The notes under the pieces are model-generated. The model ran no database searches. It was given only the letters and a program-made list of their open reading frames with translations, and was not told where the DNA came from. From Octopus sinensis (taxonomy: Eukaryota), in the NCBI RefSeq assembly GCF_006345805.1, contig NW_021824458.1, positions 1 to 18,480 of the forward strand: 18,480 bases of DNA. The letters are read 5' to 3'. Shown here in pieces: positions 9,498-18,480 of the stretch. The position numbers were made by a program, and so were the translations under genes. Numbering within the stretch: position 1 is the first letter of the stretch; each line of letters begins with the position of its first letter.

Positions 9498-9859
9498 GTA
9501 CCTACAATGTGCATTGATCTTATTATCTATTTACTTTGTCTTACACTATGAATAGGGTGTTTAGAAACAATAGTCTTGAAACGGCCGTGTGGTGTACTTT
9601 GTTTTAATCCACCTAGCAAAGCTTAACAAAATTTGACACCCTTTCACAGAAACTTCGATTATTTAGGTTTAGAGCGATCAGAAATTATACTAAAAGACAT
9701 GTGCTGAAGGTAGTGAGTGATGGGATCGAACCAGAAGTCTCTTGTTTGTGTAGCTAAATTCTTTTGCAACCTAGTAAATATACAGATTCTTGGTTATATT
9801 TAACTTAGTTTCTGAAAATTTACCGTTCATTGTATTCTCTCAAAAGAGATGGTATCAAT

Positions 9860-10099
9860 ACGTCCATACATACACACGTATGCGCACACACACAGACACA
9901 GCATACAGACACACGCACACACATACACATACACACACAAATTATGCATATATTAGCATTTGGGTATACTCATGTATCTACATACATATAATATATATAT
10001 ATCTATATACATATATCTATATATATATATAATATATTTAAAGTTCATATACATACACACATACACAAACACACACATATATGCCAATTTAGATATATG

Positions 10100-10139
<40 letters not shown>

Positions 10140-10595
10140 TATACATATATACACATATTAACTATTATTTCTTTAGAACCGTGAAGTAGGAGATTACGAT
10201 ACTTTGCTATGCCATGCCATGCTAGACATATGTATGTATATATGTAGTATGTATGTATGTATGTATGTATGTATGTATGTATGTATGTATGTATGTATGT
10301 ATGTATGTATGCATGTATGTATGTACGTACGTACGTACGTATGTATGAATGTATGTATATATTTATGTATGTATGTATACAGACCCACACACACATATAT
10401 AAGTATATTTGTAAATATATATGTACATGTATGTAAATGTATATAAACCTATATTACACACATATATATACATACATACATATATATATATATATACATG
10501 TAACTGTCTCTTTCTCCCTCCCTCTCTCTCTCTCTCTCTCTCCACACACACACACATACACACACACACACACACATACACACACACACACACAT

Positions 10596-10638
<43 letters not shown>

Positions 10639-10660
10639 GTATACATACATATACACACAT
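9860..10660. repeat. Compound microsatellites (CA)n/(TA)n/(TATG)n/(CT)n
   Basis: Directly visible. Confidence 0.9.
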
Positions 10661-10991
10661 GATACAATGGGTCGATCGATCGAATGGGGTTTAAGAGTCA
10701 ACATATTATTTATTACTATTTCAAAAAGAGAGAAAAAGAAAAAGAAAAAAAATAAACCATTTTTTTTCCGCTTCAAAATTCTTCTCAGTCTTCAGATACA
10801 CGCGAAAAAAGAAAGAAAGAAAGAAAGAAAGAAAGAAAAAAAAAGAAGAGAATAAAAAACAACATATATGCTTTTGGCAACAATTGCATTTGATTACTGC
10901 TTCAGTTCGATTCTATCATTGTGTTCTGCTCTTTTATGTCCGACTGGTTACTGGAGTAAATACAGATATATAGTTTATGCATTCTTAAACG

Positions 10992-11350
<359 letters not shown>

Positions 11351-11884
11351 CATGCGTATTATGTAGTACAAATCATGCCAGAACCAACATCACATTTTTC
11401 TTTTTGAAATCTCTGAAAAGAACTATTATTTAAGATACTAATCACATAATAAGCCGAGTTAACCAGCGATGTATATTTAACGTTACCAAAGAAAAGGTCG
11501 AAGGGAGGGCGGACGCTGACTAGAACAGCAGTAAGCATTATACTCAACAAGCTGAAACTTTTTATGACATGGAAATATATCGTAGGGTTGTATTCTGCAT
11601 AAAGCACTCATAGTAAAGTTGCTGGGTTTTTTTTCTGTACGTACCACAACCCTGCCAATGAGAACCCGTCTATTCCTCCCGAAGCCACCTTGAGCATAAT
11701 CCTATGAACCCAGAAATTGAAAACAGAGGGTTACCCACTTGCAAACAAATGTGGTAACATATAACAATATTGACCAAGGTTACCGTGGTCTTTTTCGTAG
11801 GCTTTTCTTCCCACGGATAAACCTTACTTGCTTTCCCCTTTACACCATACATCATGACACTGTGATACACGATCCCTATTGATC

Positions 11885-12060
11885 GTTTTCTTTTCCTCTT
11901 CCCCTTTTTTTCCTCTTTTTTCTTCTTTTTCATTTTTCTTTTCCTTTGTTCCTTTTCCCTTTTTTCTTTTTTTCTTTTCCTTTTTTGTTCTTTTTTCCCT
12001 TTTACGATCCCCTTTGATCGAAAATCTACGCCGCCCTTTTTTTTCTTTTTTTTTTTTCAG
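11885..12060 (+). repeat. Pyrimidine-rich (T/C) low-complexity tract
   Basis: Directly visible. Confidence 0.8.
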
Positions 12061-12077
12061 CCCCCAAAAGAAAAGCT

Positions 12078-12130
12078 CTACCTTGTAACTTGTCCCATCT
12101 GTGTGCAGCCCTGTGTGGCCAATAAAGAAA
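12078..12130 (+). mobile_element. Retroposon 3' tail related to SINE family B
   Basis: ccttgtaacttgtcccatctgtgtgcagccctgtgtggccaataaagaaa resembles ccttgtttgtcccctctgtgtttagccccttgtgggtagtaaagaaata (14874-14923). Confidence 0.55.
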
Positions 12131-12379
12131 CTTAATTAGTTAAAATCACAACGTAAGGAAAAGTGAATATAATAAAACTCACCCCGCCCTCGCTTCATAA
12201 TTTCCATTCAAGTGTTAATCAATTTGGATTATAGAACTGTCTCCCTTGTGTATGGCAAGGAGTACCCTGTGTAACCCGATTTTTGTCCTTGGGTAGCAAC
12301 TGTTAGTTCCTATTTGCTTACCCCTGGAAACTATGAATCATGGCTGATATTTCACTTCCAACTTTTGCTTTTGTTATTT

Positions 12380-12550
12380 TATTCAAACCGTAAAGTATCA
12401 GTCTCAACACATGGCTATGATGCTTCCACCACTACACCTGCCCCTGATCTGAGATGCGCATATTGTCAACCACAAAGAGATATACTCATCTGGTTAAGGT
12501 CAATCAACTGACAAGCAAATCTGTGGTATTGAGCAGAATATTTGCTATAA
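12380..12550 (-). mobile_element. Interspersed repeat family C, probable 5' part
   Basis: Recognised from memory as a common octopus repeat (agcaaatattctgctcaataccacagatttgct...gccatgtgttgaga). It shares ggtttgaat with the start of the minus-strand copy at 13540. Confidence 0.45.
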
Positions 12551-12945
12551 CGGTATTTCTGCTTCAGTAACTAGGGGCTGAATCTGTCTGAGATGTAATG
12601 GAAAATAGGTCAGTTTTAAAACATTGATGTCCAAGGCGCAAAAGCAGAGTTTGAAGGTAATAATAATCATTTTCTTCGATTTCTAGATAAAAGCAAATAC
12701 GAAATAACACCTATTGACCAAAGACAAGAAGCAAATCTGTGGCATTAGGCAGAATATTTGCTATAACGATATTTCGGCTTCAGTAACTCAGCGCTGAATC
12801 TGTCTGAAATGTAATGGAAAATATGTCAGTTTGAAAACATTGATGTCCAAGTCACAAAAGCAAAGGTTGAAGGGAATAGTAGTCATTTCCTTTGATTTCT
12901 AGATAAAAAACATATAGGAAAAACATTACTGGCCAAAGACAACAA
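12514..12945. repeat. Two-copy tandem duplication, ~216-bp period
   Basis: agcaaatctgtgg at 12514 and 12730; ccaaagacaa at 12718 and 12933; colinear throughout. Confidence 0.92.
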
Positions 12946-13020
12946 CGACAGACATAAAAATAAAAATTTTGTTACACAGTGTTATTACTAACGCTGAGGA
13001 ATTATTAATAATTTTCTTCT

Positions 13021-13193
13021 TCCAGTTCTGTATTTAAGAGATGAGGAATTATGTATATTATTTACATTCAACGGATATTTGTCCTCATCTTATTTGTTGT
13101 TAACACAACGTTTCTGCTGATATACCCTCCAGCCTTCTTCAGGTGTTATGGGGAAATTTCGAACCTAGGTTCTCATTCCTAAGGTATTTTTCG

Positions 13194-13196
<3 letters not shown>
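13021..13196 (-). mobile_element. PLE-type terminal repeat family 3
   Basis: Carries a minimal hammerhead motif at 13101-13148. PLE origin is inferred from that motif; boundaries approximate. Confidence 0.6.
13101..13148 (-). ncRNA. Minimal type I hammerhead ribozyme motif
   Basis: UAACAC-CUGAAGA-A-GGCUG(GAGGGUAUAU)CAGCA-GAAACGUU-GUGUUA: perfect 6-bp stem I, canonical core, palindromic ACGU stem III, one G-A mismatch at the base of stem II. Confidence 0.7.
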
Positions 13197-13241
<45 letters not shown>

Positions 13242-13540
13242 GAGTGAGAGAGCAGTGCATGCCATCAAAGTGACACTGGGGTAAAATATATGAAGCCCAG
13301 GATACCCATCATGACTACCCGTCTGATAAGGGTACACGAGGCACATGCATCACAACCATATGTGCGCGGCATAGTGATCTCATATCAAGATAAACAGCAC
13401 ATGACCTTGCAGGTGGGGCCCTGTTAGAATTTTTTTCTTGTCGAGTAACCCATCCCGCTCAAAAGCTCCCTGAATAAGGGTTGCTTTAGGATGTTGAACG
13501 AACCACCCATGTTTCCAGAGGGGAACCATTCAAACCCCGA
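13196..13540 (-). mobile_element. Interspersed repeat family C, 3' part with (AAT)n tail
   Basis: (ATT)n run at ~13196-13241 abuts gagtgagagagcagtgcatgccatc..., consistent with a minus-strand retroposon ending in (AAT)n. Recognised from memory as a common octopus repeat. Confidence 0.65.
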
Positions 13541-13629
13541 TTTTTGTAGCTAATTCAATTTTATTAGGCTTCATTATCCTTGTTGCCGTGTGGTAGCTTA
13601 TTTGCTTAAATGGTCCTGAGAAATATTCT

Positions 13630-13970
13630 AGTGGGGTGCAAGGCCCTGGTGAAACTCCACATGCTGGACAGGTCAAAGGACAGAGGCTAGATTGATATGG
13701 ACTACCTCTTTCCAGAGATAAAAATCGGTTTCCATAGGAATAACTGTCCTACTATGAAAAAAACAAAAGCGAAACTACAGAAGCATCGATGACAATTCGA
13801 AACTATCACGACCTGGAAAACATAACCCATAAGGGACACGGAAGGGAGGACGCCCTTGGGGGTGGAGATAAGATAGAGATGGAAAAGCAAGGATTCAACT
13901 ATAGAGAAATAGAGAAGACATCCTTGAGTCGAAAACAGAAGAGACAAATCGCCAACAGCCCAGAGAAGGT
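13630..13970 (+). mobile_element. Probable internally deleted (bipartite) RTE-LINE derivative
   Basis: ggtgaaactccacatgctggacaggtcaaaggacagaggctagat resembles RTE 5' UTRs. It is followed within ~200 bp by KGHGREDALGGGDKIEMEKQGFNYREIEKTSLSRKQKRQIANSP, resembling the RTE ORF C-terminus (GRP..TW...EM...G..W.E....A.DR..WR.LV). Confidence 0.5.
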
Positions 13971-13975
13971 CTTAA

Positions 13976-14165
13976 ACCAGCAGTTCTCGATCGCAGCTCC
14001 CGGGGCCGAACGCAGCTCCTCAGAATCCACCTGGCAGCCCCCGACGCTCTTCCCTCAGTAAATATAAATATAATTGACTTACGTTTTACTTTTTTTGGTG
14101 TGAAACCCCTAAACAAATCAAGGCTTTCGATCAGGCCCCGATAATAAAATGGTTGCGAATCACTG
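13976..14165. mobile_element. Possible hAT-type MITE (old)
   Basis: Left end cagcagttctcgatc and right end ggttgcgaatcactg both approximate a CAGTGGTTCTCAACC-type TIR. Subterminal ggggccgaacgcagc and caggccccg. The 8-bp flanks tcttaaac/gctgaaat match only 5/8. Confidence 0.4.
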
Positions 14166-14719
14166 GCTGAAATAAAAGTAAAAGCAACGTTATATAGAGC
14201 CCTTCTCTTTCAAAGAAAGCTGAAAGGGATTCTTAGAAGATGTAGCTGTTATTACATGCATATTGAGCGACCACGTAGAAGCCACCTTATTATCCCAAAA
14301 TAATTGGTTTTATTAAAAAAACGCCGATGGATAATTACAATATTTAGATTTTTTCATTCCGGGTTCAAATACTTTCAAAGGTAGTGTTGAAGATGTCCAT
14401 GGTATTGGTGTCGATAAAATTAGTATTAGAACTGAACTCGAGTCAATTTATCGATTATATATATTTCTTGTAGAAAACTGGCAAAGTGCCAAGTGGAATA
14501 AAAAAGATACCCACAAAAAAAACAAAACAAAATCAATTTCTCGTTTATTGATATTAATCAATTTATTCACGTAGTTTTTTCGATGCAATACATTAGTAAA
14601 ACCAGAAAAAAATATTCATATGTAGAAGTTCTTTTGATTCGAACGAGACAAGACTGGTTGTTGTTGGGCAGCGGAGCTAGCGAATGGAACCGTTGTTAGT
14701 TAGTATGTCTGTTTTTCAA

Positions 14720-15205
14720 GGCGGCGAGCTGGCAGAAACGTTAGCACGCCGGGCAAAATGCGTAGCCGTATTTCGTCTGCCGTTACGTTCTGAGTTCAAA
14801 TTCCGCCATGGTCGACTTTGCCTTTCAATCCTTTCAGACTGGGGTCGATGTAATCGACTTATCCGTTTGTCTGTCCTTGTTTGTCCCCTCTGTGTTTAGC
14901 CCCTTGTGGGTAGTAAAGAAATAGGTATTTCGTCTGCCGCTACGTTCTGAGTTCAAATTCCGCCGAGGTCGACTTTGCCTTTCATCCTTTCGGAATCGAT
15001 AAATTAAGTACCAGTTACGCACTGGGGTCGAGATAATCGACTTAATCCGTTTGTCTGTCCTTCTTTGTCCTCTCTGTGTTTAGCTCCTTGTGGGTAGTAA
15101 AGAAATAGGTACTTCGTCTGTATTTACGTTCTGAGTTCAAATTCCGACTTTTCCTTTCATCATTTTCGGGGTCGATAAATTAAGTACCTATTGCGTACTG
15201 GGGAC
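14720..15205 (+). mobile_element. SINE family B head-to-tail trimer
   Basis: Unit 1 14720-14923 (internal ~35-bp deletion), unit 2 14924-15107, unit 3 15108-~15205 (3'-truncated). Both junctions read aaagaaata|ggta.ttcgtctg. Confidence 0.9.
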
Positions 15206-15318
15206 CGGGATCCATATGGCCCTAGGTGGGACCCTATAAGATTTTGTTGTTAAAATTTATCTACAATAAATTGGTCTTATTTTCTGTTGTTTTTTTTTAC
15301 TTTCTGAGTGGTTCAGAA

Positions 15319-15361
<43 letters not shown>

Positions 15362-15377
15362 AGAGAGAAAAGAAATA

Positions 15378-15465
15378 ATAAGCACCGAGGTAGATTTATT
15401 TGACTAAAACGCTTCAAGCTGGTGCCCCAGGATAGCCGCAGTCCATTGGCTGAAAGAAGGAGAAA
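15378..15465 (+). mobile_element. SINE family A 3' tail fragment after a (GA)n run
   Basis: aataagcaccgaggtagatttatttgactaaa...ggtgccccaggatagccgcagtcc..tggctgaaa parallels 3040-3115. Confidence 0.65.
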
Positions 15466-15562
15466 GAGAAAGAAAAACGGTTTCGAAGCTACAATGCTTG
15501 TTTGTTTTTTGTAATTATAATCGAATCCAAGGAAGTATCTAAAGTCTTCATACACAGGGGTA

Positions 15563-15680
15563 GGCGTGGGTGTGTGGTAAAAAGCTTGCTTGCAAACCAC
15601 ATGGTCATAGGTTCAGTCCCAGTGTTTGCACCTTGTTCAAGTGTCTTCTAATTTAGCCTCGTGCCACCAAAACTAGTGAA
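15563..15680 (+). mobile_element. SINE family A 5' fragment
   Basis: ggcgtgggtgtgtggtaaaaagcttgcttgcaaaccacatgg...ggttcagtccc...caagtgtcttcta. Confidence 0.75.
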
Positions 15681-15771
15681 TCAGTTTCATGTATATATGG
15701 ATATATATATATATATATATAATATTATATATATATATATAAAATAACATGTTACAATTATTCAATAGTCA

Positions 15772-15834
15772 AGATAAAACTCTGAGTTTCGGATGCCGAA
15801 GTGGAAATCCACAACACCATCTCTTCGGTTATCT
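15772..15834 (-). ncRNA. Minimal type I hammerhead-like motif, family 4 (U4C core variant)
   Basis: AGAUAA-CCGAAGA-GAUG(22-nt loop containing GUGG/CCAC)CAUC-C-GAAACUC-A-GAGUU-UUAUCU: perfect 6-bp stem I and near-palindromic stem III. Confidence 0.55.
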
Positions 15835-16251
15835 GGCCATCTGAAAAACACTATGAAAAAATACCGTTATATAAAGGAAAATTACTGTGTTATAATTCCG
15901 CTACTTATATAAATTAAGATTAAAAGTTCATAGTAAACACGTAAACATGGCTACTCATACGCTCACATGTGCGCTCGCGGACCCACGTACGTACATATAC
16001 GTCACTATGAAAACGTACACATCTTTACTCGCATTTTTCGCCAAATGTATACGCATATATATACAAACTCATACACACACACGCGTACCGTAAAAGTTCA
16101 TACATACGTCTATATACGCACAAAAAACATGGTTAAAGGTAACAATACAGAAAAAAACAGCAATACAGAAAAAAACATAAGGAAGTATACAAAGTGTAAA
16201 AACCACGTTCATATACGGACATGCCCTTATGCATTCATACACATACACGCC

Positions 16252-16455
16252 CATGTTGAATCGCTAGCATCTGCACGCATTTTTTTCTCTCCTTGTTTCT
16301 TTCCGTGTTTCTTTTCTGTGTATCTTTCTGTTGAAGAGCGTAGGCTCGAAACGTAAAAGACCTGTTTTATTTATATTCCTGAGCGCCATACTAATACAAT
16401 TGTCTGTTTGTACTCCACCTGCCTTCGTCTTTTGTTTATTTTCATAAAGCTTCCC
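16252..16455 (+). mobile_element. PLE-type terminal repeat family 2, copy b
   Basis: Homologous to 8703-8898. Confidence 0.65.
16323..16360 (+). ncRNA. Minimal type I hammerhead-like motif (A6U core variant)
   Basis: UCUUU-CUGUUGA-A-GAGC(GUAG)GCUC-GAAACGUA-AAAGA: perfect 5-bp stem I, 4-bp stem II, palindromic ACGU, GUA triplet. Confidence 0.6.
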
Positions 16456-16864
16456 GCCATATATGTACATACCCGCACATGTTTATATACGCACACACAC
16501 ACACACACACACACAAAATACAGCCTAATGAAACCAGTCAAAGATAAAAGATTAAAGAGGTATCATAGAATCAGAAAATATTACACAACGCGTTCAAGAA
16601 GACATCTTCTTCCTCGTGTTTTCTTGTTTCAAAATAAATACGACGGTAATCTGTACTCAAGAACGATTTTATTTCGACACCGTATTAAAATCATTGCCAA
16701 CACACAATCACAATCACTGCTATCACACCACCACCGATTATATTTCCAACACCGTGGCCGCCATTAAGTTGGCACATTCTAAGCTTCGCGGCAACCATGC
16801 GATCGATGGCTAAAGGTGAGAGGAAATTCTGCTCGTTGAAGTCGCGTGTTGACAGCTTAATAGT

Positions 16865-16908
16865 CGATATATATACACACACACAGACACAGACACACAC
16901 ATTTATAT

Positions 16909-16964
<56 letters not shown>

Positions 16965-17014
16965 GCATACATATATATCTATATATGTATAACATACATA
17001 TCTCTATGTATGTA

Positions 17015-17049
<35 letters not shown>

Positions 17050-17092
17050 CATATATATCTATATATATATATGTAAATTTATATAAATAAGG
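16865..17092. repeat. (CA)n/(TA)n/(CATA)n microsatellite
   Basis: Directly visible. Confidence 0.95.
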
Positions 17093-17713
17093 ATAAGATC
17101 GTTATTTTAAATACCGATCATATTAAGAGGCCAGCATGGGAATAAAAACATTATAGGTAATAAATTTGATTAAAATTATAATTAAGGGTATCTAAATGAT
17201 ACCACCATGCTAGAGATAGCAGTCAAAACTTGATTCTAAAACCACATCAAATATTCATACAGCACCAGGAGAAAAGACAAAACAATTCAGAACGCCGGCA
17301 GACGGGTTGAAAAGGTTTTTCAACCGGTAATACGTGATGAGGAAGATGAAACTGTTTGCCAGATCAGAAACCATGGTCCACGTGTATCCAAATACCAAGA
17401 AAATATATAGCATTGGGCTATATAGATTATGTGAAAGATTTATTTGGTCGTTCGCCCGACTACTGTTATTTTTCTGTCGTATTTATTGGTGGTTTAAATG
17501 GGGGTCTTAACTCCTCTTCCTAGCATGTGTGCCCTTATGATTCATACAAATTTTAATTCTTCTATAGCTATCTAAAGCTATTTTAGGCCTGCAACCACTC
17601 ATATTATTGTTGTTCTTATTATAAGCTATTCTGATTACTGTGGATAATAATAACAATAATAAATGTATATATTTTATTCACTTCTGAATATTTGCCCCTC
17701 CAATATTATATAT

Positions 17714-17750
<37 letters not shown>

Positions 17751-17751
<1 letters not shown>

Positions 17752-18170
17752 CTCTTTACTCTTTACTCTTTTACTTGTTTCAGTCATTTGACTGCGGCCA
17801 TGCTGGAGCACCGCCTTTTTAGTCGAGCAACTCGACCCCAGGACTCATTCTTTGTAAGCCCAGTACTTATTCTATCGGTCTCTTTTGCCGAACCGCTAAG
17901 TGACGGGGACGTAAACACACCAGCATCGGTTGTCAAGCAATGCTAGGGAGACAACACAGACATACAAACACATACACACACACATATATATATATCTATA
18001 TATATATACGACAGGCTTCTTTCAGTTTCCGTCTACCAAATCAACACAAGGCATTGGTCGGCCCGGGGCTATAGCAGAAGACGCTTGCCCAAGATGCCAC
18101 GCAGTGGAACTGAACCCGGAACCATGTGGTTGGTTAGCAAGCTACTTACCACACAGCCACTCCTGCGCCT
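17751..18170 (-). mobile_element. SINE family A, full length, with a short (GTAAAGA)n tail
   Basis: Reverse complement of 2701-3120 along its length; tail repeats ctctttactctttactcttttac at 17751-17773. Confidence 0.9.
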
Positions 18171-18217
18171 ATATATATATACATATATATATTGTTTTTT
18201 TTTTATTTATCTAAAGA

Positions 18218-18280
18218 TGCTGGTGTGGCTCTGTGGTAAGAAGCTTGTTTCCCAACCACATGGTTCCGGGTTCAGTCTCA
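18218..18280 (+). mobile_element. SINE family A head fragment
   Basis: ggtgtggctctgtggtaagaagcttgtttcccaaccacatggttccgggttcagtc. Confidence 0.85.
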
Positions 18281-18480
18281 TTTCTCGTGCGTGTGTGTGT
18301 GTGTGTGGGGTTGGGATTCGGGAAGAGACCTGTAACCTAGTGGTGAGGGTTTTACACCGACGATCACGTTGTGTTCTTGATCAAACCACCAAATTTCACA
18401 TTGGTCTCAGGTTCACTTAGCTACGGTCTATCGTTCCTTTCAGAAGAGGGTCAGTGGCTGAGTGCTTGCATGGAATGTAT

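Noticed and set aside
11359-11880. Minus-strand hydrophobic peptides, including KTTVTLVNIVICYHICLQV with GPCR TM6-like spacing
   Set aside because: Lacks the W and P of CWxP, has no in-frame TM7, is flanked by stops and low-complexity DNA, and has no plausible minus-strand acceptor. A tBLASTn or HMM hit to a 7TM family would reverse this.
12040-12130. Strong plus-strand splice-acceptor look-alike (T-tract plus CAG at 12058-12060) and a downstream AATAAA
   Set aside because: The sequence that follows is a retroposon tail and no exon or upstream gene is evident. It cannot be supported without RNA-seq.
12514-12945. 216-bp repeat as a coding repeat (72 aa) or CRISPR-like array
   Set aside because: Stops in all three plus-strand frames, only two units, no repeat-spacer alternation, and a eukaryotic context.
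17255-17413. 52-aa hydrophobic minus-strand ORF (MLYIFLVFGYTWTMVSDLANSFIFLITYYRLK...) faintly like a receptor TM helix, with a 9-bp hairpin at 17305-17325
   Set aside because: Short, no other recognisable domain or convincing splice sites, and AT-rich DNA readily yields F/L/I/Y-rich peptides. It needs a homology or RNA-seq hit.

Overview
Repeat-saturated animal DNA with no host gene, rRNA, tRNA or CRISPR array that I can support. The SINE families and very high microsatellite load look like an Octopus (coleoid cephalopod) genome; this is recognition from memory, not a database result. Most ORFs in the supplied track are translations of microsatellites. The interpretable content is: (i) a Penelope-like element (PLE) remnant at ~92-1068, with the N-terminus of its ORF and three pseudo-LTR copies (two direct, one inverted); (ii) three more PLE-type terminal-repeat families; (iii) a decayed RTE-clade LINE (~6.84-8.41 kb); (iv) a CR1/L2-type LINE 3' end interrupted by a SINE with a 19-bp TSD; (v) many copies of two tRNA-derived SINE families and a third (AAT)n-tailed repeat; (vi) a probable bipartite RTE derivative and a possible hAT MITE. 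The main hidden signal is RNA-level: seven hammerhead-ribozyme-like motifs from four unrelated families. One family has a non-canonical long stem II supported by compensatory changes. The others are minimal type I motifs with a palindromic stem III, each carrying some deviation from the canonical core or stem II. No catalytic activity is shown; all folds were done by eye.
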